Shown here: one piece after another, positions 28,656 to 40,600 of the stretch
Position numbering within the stretch: the stretch's first letter is position 1
Layout: each line of letters begins with the position of its first letter
Assembly (NCBI GenBank): GCA_002633005.1
Contig: NMRA01000176.1
Coordinates: 273,753 to 316,939, forward strand
DNA length: 43,187 nucleotides
Source of the DNA: Phoronis australis
Taxonomy: Eukaryota; Animalia; Phoronida
Direction of reading: 5' to 3'
Notes under the pieces: generated by a model
What the model was told of the DNA's origin: nothing
The model's database searches: none
Seen by the model: the letters and a program-made list of their open reading frames with translations, nothing else
Made by a program: the position numbers and the translations under genes

Positions 28656-31600
28656 GTTTGTATAATTGATTCTAGAGTCGAAAGAAAATAGAGGACATTG
28701 TTTAGATTCTCTGGTGCCCAACGGGTCTTAGCTAGTTGGGGAGTTTGGTGGTGTTTGCAAATCATCCGACTGCCTCAAAAATTCCCAGAGTCACTGACTT
28801 GATATTGGAGTTTTTCTGAATCCCCTGTTATTGATTATTCTAAAAATGCTTAAAGCACACTGAATGTACCGACCGACGCAATGTTGCTCGAGTCACAACG
28901 CTATACTCGGGCGTACAATAAGCGTCCATAAGCGCTAACCCTTATCCTGCTAAGCCTCTATTCAGACAACTTTTCATGTGTGCTGAGCTAAGTAGGTCAC
29001 CACTGCTGCTGTGCACCGGGCTGTCATGGAGGTCACTCAGATTATGACTAACATTTTTAAATTGGAAATTTGAAGGAGAAATGTCAACTTCACATAAAAG
29101 TAGTCTGCACGAATGTTGTTCAGAATTTGATGGAAATTTCACCATATGCATATCGTTTCCATAGCCTTGGTGTAAACAAACCTATAAACTTTCAAACTGG
29201 ACACCCTTTGTTGTTACATGTTTTCGCACATGAGATCATGATAGTTGACACTCAAAAACTGTAATAAGCATTTTTAAAACGGAATTCATGGGACTTGCAT
29301 GTTTAATAAAAATAAATGCAGATTTGTTGTCTGTAACACCACATCTACAAACAAGAATGTTCAGTATATAACGTACAGATCAACTTTGCATGATTACAAA
29401 TTTATGACTGGTGCAGTTGCCTGCTACAGTCTGAACTTGAAGTTCACCTTGGTGTGAAACAAGTTGAAACACGGGTGGGGACACAAAGCTATTCTGTGAA
29501 AAAGTCACAAAAATGTGTAGTTCTGAATGAGTTCCATCATGTTTCAGAGTCCCTGTATTATGCGTGAAGGGCGTGAGCCAAGCATCGTCGTAGGCCCGTC
29601 CAAGTTCAGCTTCAGGGACCAGTAACTCCTCCAAAATTGCACTGAGATCCGAATCGATAGAATCTGCATGAACTTGTTACTGTTGTGTTTGTTTCCCCGT
29701 CAGTGTCACTGTCACATTCGAGTGCCAATTCCAGCCCGTTTTCACTATCTGAGTCCATGAACAATTCCTCAAGAAACTGGTCAACAGTCATCTTACCACG
29801 TTTGGCACCAGCCATGATAAAACTTGCGTTAACTTTCAAATATCTCGGTAACAACTCACCACAGCCATATGTTGTAAATCAGCACAATGTACAGGAAACT
29901 ATGAACTGTGGAATGCGCATGCTCACACATGTAAACAACATACGGCTTTTACAATATCTGGATGAAAAACACCAGTGTCCTGGGGTGAGAACACTCTCCT
30001 TGCGCAGCCTAGTCGTAGCTTATAGGCGATTGAGTACACCCAACGCCTTTTAATAGGATAATTGGCTTGTCGGCTGACCTCGCCTAGCGCAGGATAAGGG
30101 TTAAATGACTTGTCTTAGAAAACGCGTGGTCCAGACGGATAATTTTCGTCCATACAACCATGCGCTTTAAGTGATGTGGAGAAGCCGTGGTTCAGACGGA
30201 CAATTTTCGTTCATACGACCTCACGCTTTTAATGACTTGGAGAGTATGGTCTGGGCATTTAATTTTCATCCGTACTGACCTGATGCAATTTTGCTCGAGC
30301 TACAGAATGCCCATAGTCGGGCAGACAATGTTCGTCCATACGACCACGTGCTATAAATGACTTAGGGCTGTTCAAGCAAAAACATATGGGGGAAGACACT
30401 TTCATTTTTTATCCACCACCGATATTTTTCTTTTATTTCTCCAACCCACGACCCATAATTAAATTAAATTTAAAATTAAGTTGAACTATAAAATGTAACC
30501 ACCCTTAATATTTTTAAATTATGCTTGAATTGTATATGGTAATTAGATTTTATTCTTTTAAAGATATTTTCGGTCTTCAGTGTTTCATGTACCATCAACG
30601 GTCCAACAGAAACATCAGCTCCCTCCCAGACAAAGAATGAAAATTCACAGATGCTTGGCAGAGTATATTTATTAATGAAAAAGAATGTTGGTATGCGCCC
30701 TTTGTGTGCATTTCAAATGGCAGATGCTGGGGGTGCTCGTTATTCCAAAATTCCTACAAGAAGGAGTAACACTTGTAAACACATTGCCTCTATGATGATA
30801 TGTTAAGTACTTACTTTGACAAAATGCTGTTGAAAACTAAATCGGCCCAGAGGGTGGTCGAATCGAAACGAAAATCGACTCCTGTCAGCGCATCCATCCC
30901 TGCCATATATGTTTGTGCCAAATTTCACACAGTTGTGCCTAGCAGTTTTTGAGATAATCAACCTGTCTTGTCAAAAACTAAAATGGCCTACAGGGGGTGC
31001 TACAGTAGCCAAATCTGTCCGAAAATCGACTGGTGCTGGCACATATCAGCCATCTACCTCTATGCCAAATGTCATGATCCGTTGAGCGGTTTCAAGATAA
31101 TCTGCAGACAAGCAATGACTTGAGAATTCAAAAACTTAATAAGGGATTGCCACAGTAGTTGAATCCGTCAAAAAATTGACTGGTGCTGGCACATTCTCGC
31201 CATATACCTCTGTATCAAATTTCGTGATGATCCGTCAAGCAGTTTTTGAGATATTTAACGTACAAGGAATGGATTGTCGAAAACTAAAACGCCCAACATG
31301 GGGTACCGTCAGAAATCTGCCCGAAAATCGACTGGTGCTGGTGCATCTCCGCCAAGTTCCTCTATACCAAATTTCATCATGATCCGCCTAGTGGTTGTTG
31401 AGATAAATAACATACAAGAAATGATGGCAGACAGACCAATCGCTGGACAAGATGTATGAATGAACGGAATGCGGACTATATGCGACCACAAAAGTTTTTG
31501 TGGGTGCAGAAAATTCCATGTCAGTTACCAGAAACTTGCTTTTCAAAGACACCTGTGGTCAATAGTCCAGGCAACCACCAGGTGTCTCTGTCCATCGTGT

Positions 31601-34600
31601 GTAATTTCATTAAGATTTTTCCAATTTCAAGAATCTACGAATCTCTAAAAATCCATCAATTATCTGAATGTGTTAACACCAATTTAGTGTTGCAGTAATT
31701 TTCATTCTAATATGGCTGTACAACATGTGCCTCTGAGTAATGGCATAGTGTACATATTGCATTCAGTACACTAGCAACATGGGCTTGTTTTGGTGTTTTT
31801 TGGCTATCTTCCAAGTGACTTTTTGGTGAGTTTTTGAATTTTTCACAGAGTATTGAGGTCAGTGTTTGGTTGAAAATACCTACCTGTCAACATTTGCAGG
31901 ACAAAAAATACCACCCACTTTTTTACTTCTTTCGAGAAGGTCCAGCCATAATTTAAATTTACTTCAAAAGACAACCACCCAATCATAAATTTCTGCTGCT
32001 GTTCCCCCTTCCCATCCGGATTTTGCTCGAACAGTTCTTAGTGATCTTGTGGTCCAGACAGACAATTTCCGTCCATAGGTGATCCCGGCGTTTAATTTTC
32101 CTCCCAGATGACCAGGAGTTGAAGCGTGTGGTTAATGGAGACCACTTAATCATGTTTTTTCAGCCAGTTTAGTACAATTTCATAGTCATGATCCTGCCTC
32201 AGTCATTTGTGCAACAGATAATGCTCTTTGTAAACAATCATTCCCTGTCATACTTCTTTCTAACTGTCGTTATTGTGGCCTGTTCAGTCTGACCTTCTCA
32301 TTCCAATACTTTGAACCAACCTGTTCTTGAAGATGTTTTAATTGACTGTCTTTTGTGTTGGTGGTATTTTTTAGATTGTTGACACAACTGTGACCAAACG
32401 GTGACTGTCATGCAAAAATAGCTCCTTTATTAAGCATAATTATGCTTTAGCATTGCTTCAGTCTTGTGTCAACTGGAATTGAAAAATTCATATGCGTCAT
32501 GCTCAAAAAGCATAGTATTTGTAGTTTGTGTTGTGACATAAATCTTGGAATAAATGTTTTGAACTGGTACCAAAAGTAAAAAAAAATCTTCATTTGCTTA
32601 TTTAAGATATTACCAATTTCTCAATAGAAAAGTTGTTGCATAAGTTTTAAACCCCATGCAAGTAAGCCAAACTCGTCACGGCAAAATTCAAATTGGACGT
32701 AGTAACGAGTCAAAACAGGTTGAAGACTCTACAAATCATATGCATGTACCATTCCCGCATTGTAATATATTTCCAGGCTCAGAAGAAGCTCACATAACTG
32801 GCAAGAAACATGTGCGGGCGCTCAATCTGTATCAAACAAACGTTGAACAGGCCGACCGCTCTGTGTATGTGAGAGGCTTCTCTCGGGGCACACCAGACTT
32901 GGCTCTGGTTGACTACTTTCAACAGTTTGGCCCAGTTTCAGACGTGTTTGTAGACAAGAAACAGGTCAGTCTCTAAGTAGTCAAACATTATGACTGTTTT
33001 AGAGAATATTTAAAGTTATTAAGTGAACAGTTTTCATTTACTTGCGCATTACCGGTATTTCCATGCCATACAATTGTGTGATGAATTCAGCATTGAGCAA
33101 TAGAATGCTGGGTGTAATATGTAAGAGTTGCAGTCTTCACATTTTCCAAGTTTTATTTCCTGCATACTACCTTATAACTGCCTATGTGTATTCCTTCTTA
33201 AACCTGCAAAAGAAGTGACTATAAGGTATACTGATAAAATTATAATTTGATGAGAAATTGGTCCATCAGAATGAGATAATTGTATTAATTTTGACTAGGT
33301 GGAAGGTTTAATTTGAGATGATATTAAAGGCTAAGTGTATGAAGTAAGGCATGTTGAGATTTAGCCAGCATTATAATGACGAAAGTAAGGCATGTTGAGA
33401 TTTAGCCAGCATTATAATGACGAAAGTAAGGCATGTTGAGATTTAGCCAGCATTATAATGACGAAAGTAAGGCATGTTGAGATTTAGCCAGCATTATAAT
33501 GACGAAAGTAAGGCATGTTGAGATTTAGCCAGCATTATAATGACGAAAGTAAGGCATGTTGAGATTTAGCCAGCATTATAATGACGAAAGTAAGGCATGT
33601 TGAGATTTAGGCAGCATTATAATGACGAAAGTAAGGCATGTTGAGATTTAGCCAGCATTATAATGACGAAATAGTTTTTAAGTCGCTGCTTTTTGTGTTG
33701 CAACTTTGTCAAATTTTGACGTTGTTCTGCATTTCATTTTGAAATCTACTGTACAGTACCTTTCAGGGAGGATTTGCCTTTGTTGAGTTTTCCACAAAAG
33801 AGTCAAGAAATAGGCTCCTTTCCATCAAGAATCAGAAACTGCCCTTATTTTACGGCACCAAGTTGTCCGTGCAACCCAAGCATACGTCTTTCAATCCCGT
33901 CAAAAGGAGACAGCAGCAGCAGCAGCAGCAGCAGCAAACATCAGAACATAATGACGGAGCCAGCACAAGCGAAACTGCTGGAATAATATGTTTGCAAGAA
34001 CTGAAGGCCAAGTTGATGGCGTGCACGGATGTAAGCTATACTTTACTAATCTCCTAGAATTAACGTAACTTCTCTCTTAAAGGAGCATGCCACCCAAAAA
34101 GCGACCTAATTTGTATCAATTTAGATCGAGTAGTTCTACTCGATAACGGCACGTACGGTTGCGTTACCTGACGGCAGACGGAGGTGTCGAAATTATCCAA
34201 TGACGTCATCGGTTTCAGTTCACACCAAGTCTGTTCAGCAGTTCACAACACGGCGTAACTCACTGGTGTCAGCTTCATCGCTTGAAGTCATCGTTTAACA
34301 CCAATAAATCATCAAACTTCAATGTAAAACCCTTAAATATACACCGAGTTCTTATAAAAACGTGTTATTTTATTTCGCTCTTACGGATTTATTGGTATTT
34401 GGACACACAGTAGCCTACAAAGTTCGACAGGCCAACTCAGTACTGAGGTCAGTAGCAGGAGTTTGGGGTCTGTTCGGAGATAATTTCGAAGTATTTTCCA
34501 TGAGATACAGACAGGAGAAACTAGATCTGTGTTGTTTAGACTTGTGATTTTTTTAGTTCTAAACACAAAACGCTTGTTATCCTGGCCAGTGGCTCGGAGC

Positions 34601-37600
34601 CCGATCAGGCCCCTTCGCGGCTCATTGCCGCGGCCAGTGGCTCGGACACTGATCAGATATCACGAATATAAACCAGCCAAAGTTCAGTGGAAACTAAACT
34701 TCCAGTCAAGAAAATACGAAACTATTGACCCAAAGTAATGTGCACGTGATTATGTTGGTGAATTAGCCACGAAACTGCAAATCTACTTACTCGTTGGGGG
34801 CCGGGAATTCAGGTTCCACTTTGGCCACAGCACCGTCAGGGCAGAAGTTGTACATTGACAATCATTATTTGAGTAATGTAAATCTTAATAAAGATTCCCA
34901 TAACACCTGGCCATGGGATGGAAATTGAGTTGTTTCACAACAGTTTCTGCCCGCAAACACTAAATTATCATGAGCTCACACGGCCTCGGTGTCCCATCAA
35001 TTAGTTTTATTGCACCTAAAGCCGGTAACGCAGTGATTTATTCATTGCTGGCTTTTCAAATCATTTGCACTAACGAACACTCCAAAGGCATAAAAATTGC
35101 AGCTAATGAGACGGGCTTTGTTTCAGTTTTATTTAAGTATTGGTTAGGGTGAGAATAATTCATTTTGAAACCGAACGCTCAGTAATAAATGCCAACATGG
35201 CAACCATCGCAATCCCGACTTAGGACGAGCTAGAGATCATCAGTCCCGACTTTGCAGGTGGATCGTTAAGTATTACAGGCTATCAATTCGAACAGGAATA
35301 CAGTGATGAAGAAATACTAGAGAGGCGCTGTGAACAAGCTCAGACAACGGAACGCATGGAGTTATTTGGTAAGCCGGCATTCGTCAGGCACTGTCGACGT
35401 CTGCAGTCCACAGACACGGAGATGTTTCATGGCCTTATACTTGCCATTTACAGCGTACATTTCATTCTTCACTACCATGACCCACTTCCTAAGCATTTCG
35501 GACTCTCGAGGAAGTAAAAAAACAATATACACGCTTTCCTCACAGCTGCTTAGTTCGGACAAGCGAGCACGATGCACTGCAACATAGCGGCATTCACTCT
35601 GCATATGAACCACTGACGTCGCTAGTGTCGTTTCTCACCTTCCTCACAGGTTAACGCGACACCTCTTGGCAAGGTAAGGTCGACCGTATGCGAGGCGATG
35701 TGGATATAGACAGATTAAGACGGCAAAAAAGACTAATTAAATCGGGTGGCATTCTCCTTTACAAGCCTCACGCAGCACTAATTAGGTCAAGTCAAAATCG
35801 CAAACTTTCAATTGGAAAAAATCACCTTAGTAGCAGAGATTCTTCCATTGAAACAATCAATTTTATTTGGCCATTGTTTTATCGCATGTAATTAGGAATG
35901 CCAGTGTGAACTAAAATCATGTTTTTCAAAGACGGTGTTGTGAGAGAATTTAAAGCTTCACTTCCACCTGTTGAGCAGGTTAAAAAACGAAAGTGAAATT
36001 GGTCCTTAAAATTACTCCATAATACTCCCTACTTTGAAGGGACTCCATTTCCATTACCAAAAAGGACATTCAAACTATCAGCGACTCAATAACAGAGGAC
36101 TTTATTGGTTTTGGCCAATCTTAAGAGTATGAATTTGGAAATGAGGTTTTCTTCCATGAATACGCATCAGTGGGAGGTGTTAATTGGTGAAGCACTAATT
36201 TTAGGCAGGTCATTTCTGCAAGCGTTCTCAATGTTTATCCTATAAGCTATCGAGATGTTGTTATGCATTGACTTGTTTGTTTCAGCTTACTTGTCAACTG
36301 CACATGTTGATGACTACTGTACAGTTGTCTGGTGACGATGTCAAGTTGAGAAGCATTGTATGCAGTGCCTTGCAAGACACATTACAAGCATTGTTTCCAG
36401 GTATGCTGCACCTTTAGTTTCATTATTTGCATCATTGCGTACCAAACTGGGCTGCTCTTGTTCCGTTTTTATGGTATAAAACATTTCGGATAGGAAAATT
36501 TTTAGGACCTGGAGTTAAAGTGGGTTTGATTGTTTCAAATTCTAATAAGCCGCCTGTCAAACACTTGTTACTTCGCTGGTTTTGTCCCATGATACAACAC
36601 ACATTTGCCTCACTTGGAATTGTGACGCCACCTGTTGTCCCGAAGATGAATGAAAATATCGTGACTTTGACGAAATATGTAATCGACATGTAAAGCAAAC
36701 TACTGAGAATGTTTAGTCTTAGCAACATCGATGCTATTGTTAATGGCCTGTGTTCTTCAATTCCAAGGTTGTAGTGTCCACCAGTTTGGTTCAAGTGCTA
36801 ATGGATTCGGAGTGAAGGGTTGTGATATGGACATTTTTCTTGACCTAGATCCTGATAGGGTAAGTGGGTGTCAATAAAAGTGAAAGTTGATTTTGCCTCT
36901 GTCTTCAGGAGATATCAACATACATTACAAAGCAAAGCACACAGCCACTTATAGTTTTTCACACGTGTCTTGTGTCTGCGGAACACACCCCAGCTTTCTA
37001 TTTCTCACAACTATTCACATGATGTGAGAAAAACTTTTTATTCTTAAGAACCACTGAGATGTCTTCTTTCAGTGCAATGAGCCCTAATAACCTTCACATA
37101 AATAGTCTTTTTTGAGTTGGCGACGTGAAATAGGCCATTGTATCCCAGTCACTGCAAGCTAGAGATACCAACTTGAGTNNNNNNNNNNNNNNNNNNNNNN
37201 NNNNNNNNNNNNNNNNNNNNNNNNNNNNNNNNNNNNNNNNNNNNNNNNNNNNNNNNNNNNNNNNNNNNNNNNNNNNNNNNNNNNNNNNNNNNNNNNNNNN
37301 NNNNNNNNNNNNNNNNNNNNNNNNNNNNNNNNNNNNNNNNNNNNNNNNNNNNNNNNNNNNNNNNNNNNNNNNNNNNNNNNNNNNNNNNNNNNNNNNNNNN
37401 NNNNNNNNNNNNNNNNNNNNNNNNNNNNNNNNNNNNNNNNNNNNNNNNNNNNNNNNNNNNNNNNNNNNNNNNNNNNNNNNNNNNNNNNNNNNNNNNNNNN
37501 NNNNNNNNNNNNNNNNNNNNNNNNNNNNNNNNNNNNNNNNNNNNNNNNNNNNNNNNNNNNNNNNNNNNNNNNNNNNNNNNNNNNNNNNNNNNNNNNNNNN

Positions 37601-40600
37601 NNNNNNNNNNNNNNNNNNNNNNNNNNNNNNNNNNNNNNNNNNNNNNNNNNNNNNNNNNNNNNNNNNNNNNNNNNNNNNNNNNNNNNNNNNNNNNNNNNNN
37701 NNNNNNNNNNNNNNNNNNNNNNNNNNNNNNNNNNNNNNNNNNNNNNNNNNNNNNNNNNNNNNNNNNNNNNNNNNNNNNNNNNNNNNNNNNNNNNNNNNNN
37801 NNNNNNNNNNNNNNNNNNNNNNNNNNNNNNNNNNNNNNNNNNNNNNNNNNNNNNNNNNNNNNNNNNNNNNNNNNNNNNNNNNNNNNNNNNNNNNNNNNNN
37901 NNNNNNNNNNNNNNNNNNNNNNNNNNNNNNNNNNNNNNNNNNNNNNAGGTGGATCGTTAAGTTTTACAGGCTATCAATTTGAACAGGAATACAGTGATGA
38001 AGAAATACTAAAGAGACCCCGTGAACAAGCTCAGACAACGGAACGTATGGAGTTACTTGGTAAGCCGGCATTTGTCAGGCACTGTCGACGTCTGCAGGCC
38101 ACAGACACGGAGATGTTTCACGGCCTCATACTTGCTATTTACAGCGTATATTTCATTCTTCACTACCATGAGCCACTTCCTAAGCATTTCGGACTCTTGA
38201 GGAAGTAAAAAAACGATGTACCTGCTTTCCTCACAGCTGCTTTGTTCGGACAAGCGAGAACGATGCACCACAACATAGCGGCATTCACTCTGCATATGAA
38301 CCACTGACGTCGCTAGCGTCGTTTCTCACCTTCCTCCTAGGTTAACGTCTTGGCAAGGAAAGGTCGACCGTATGCGAGGCGATGTGGATATAGACCGATT
38401 AAGACAGCAAAAAAGACTAATTAAATCGGGTGTCATTCTCCTTTAAAAGCCTCACACAGCACTAATTAGGTCAAGTCAAAATCGCAAACTTTCAATTGGA
38501 ATAAATCCCCTTAGTAGCAGAGATTCTTCTATTGAAACAATCAATTTTATTTGGCCATTGTTTTATCGCATGTAATTAGGAATGCCAGTGTGAACTAAAA
38601 TCATGTTTTTCAAAGACGGTGTTGTGAGAGAATTTAAAGCTGCACTTCCACCTGTTGAGCAGGTTAAAAAACGAAAGTGATATTAGTCCTTAAAATTATC
38701 CCATAATACTCCCTACTTTGAAGGGACTCCATTTCCATTTAAGGACATTCAAACTATCAGCGACTCAATAAAAGAGAACTTAATTGGTTTTGGCCAACCT
38801 TAATAGTGCGAATTTGGAAATGAGGTTTTCTTCCATGAATATGCATCAGTGGGAGGTGTTTATTGGTGAAGCGCTAATTTAAGGCAGTCATTTCTGCAAT
38901 CGTTCTCAATGTTTATCCTATTAGCTATCGAGATGTTGTTATGCATTGACTTGTTTGTTTCAGGTTACTTGTCAACTGCACATGTTGATGACTACTGTAC
39001 AGTTGTCTGGTGACGATGTCAAGTTGAGAAGCATTGTGTGCAGTGCCTTGCAAGACACATTACAGGCATTGTTTCCAGGTATTCTGCACCTTTAGTTTCA
39101 TTATTTGCATCATTGCGTATCAAACTGGGCTGCTCTTGTTCCGTTTTTATGGTATAAAACATTTCGGATAGGAAAATTTTTAAGACCTGGAGTTAAAGTG
39201 GATTTGATTGTTTCAAATTCTAATAAGCCGCCTGTCAAACACTTGTTACTTCGCTGGTTTTGTCCCATGATGATACAACACACATTTGCCTCACTTGGAA
39301 TTGTGACGCCACCTGTTGTCCCGAAGATGAATGAAAATATCGTGACTTTGACGAAATATGTAATCGACATGTAAAGCAAACTACTGAGAATGTTTAGTCT
39401 TAGCAACATCGATGCTATTGTTAATGGCCTGTGTTCTTCAATTCCAAGGTTGTAGTGTCCACCAGTTTGGTTCAAGTGCTAATGGATTCGGAGTGAAGGG
39501 TTGTGATATGGACATTTTTCTTGACCTAGATCCTGATAGGGTAAGTGGGTGTCAATAAAAGTGAAAGTTGATTTTGCCTCTGTCTTCAGGAGATATCAAC
39601 ATACATTACAAAGCAAAGCACACAGCCACTTATAGTTTTTCACACGTGTCTTGTGTCTGCGGAACACACCCCAGCTTTCTATTTCTCACAACTATTCACA
39701 TGATGTGAGAAAAACTTTTTATTCTTAAGAACCACTGAGATGTCTTCTTTCAGTGCAATGAGCCCTAATAACCTTCACATAAATAGTCTTTTTTGAGTTG
39801 GCGACGTGAAATAGGCCATTGTATCCCAGTCACTGCAAGCTAGAGATACCAACTTGAGTTATCAGTAGAGTATTCCCTAGACTAAGTTTCTTGAGGCAAG
39901 AGCGAGACCTCACAAGATCTCACCAGCAAAACGGCAACCACTGAAGTGACGGCCACTGAAGTAATTGGTTAGTGAGGTAGGAATGTTGAATTGTGGGAAT
40001 TAATTCAGTAAGTGAAGAATTTGGTCCCAGCCCAGGTCTTATTGTTGCTTGCTTGTTTGGTTGCCTTATTGGGATCACTAGCTAGATTCCTGGTAAGTGG
40101 GGAATAATGCTGGTTCTGTCATGTTTACTGCATGCTGTCGTCATTGCAGATTCCAGGGAACAGAATTGTTCCATCGGCCTATCTAAAGAAAGTGCCAGCG
40201 TTGAGCTCTGTTGAAGGAGTGGTGACTACAGGTGATCTGCTCTCGCTCTCGCCTTTCAACAAGCTCAAAGCAGTGTCATGTGTCATGTCAAAGACATTAA
40301 ACGACGTCTCCAAGTTGTTTGTCATTCCTAGTGAGCGATGTCCTGTTCTGCGGTTCGTGTATTCGGCTTGTGGTCTAAACTGCGACCTGTCGTGCAATAA
40401 TAGGTATGTAGTTGGAGCAGTTGCACTTGCAGAAAGAGGAATTTTAGAAACTTGAAATTTTCTGCCTAATGTGTTGCTCAGGCTCGACTAAAGGCTATGT
40501 TTCTGGTCCAGTCATCATGAAATTCTTACACAATGTGTATCTTGTCAGTAGCAGGAAGTCGATTGATTTTGGTCGAAATGTGAGGCAAGGTGGCCTTGTG

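Larger units (their letters stand above)
35256..39859. repeat. ~1.9-kb duplication (35256-37178 / 37947-39859) around an assembly gap, probably uncollapsed alleles
   Basis: Both copies end exactly at the gap edges; SNP-level differences. Confidence 0.85.

Noticed and set aside
33342-33669. CRISPR array
   Set aside because: Units are contiguous with no unique spacers, and the context is a eukaryotic intron.
37173-37982. 269-aa ORF
   Set aside because: Artefact of the N run.
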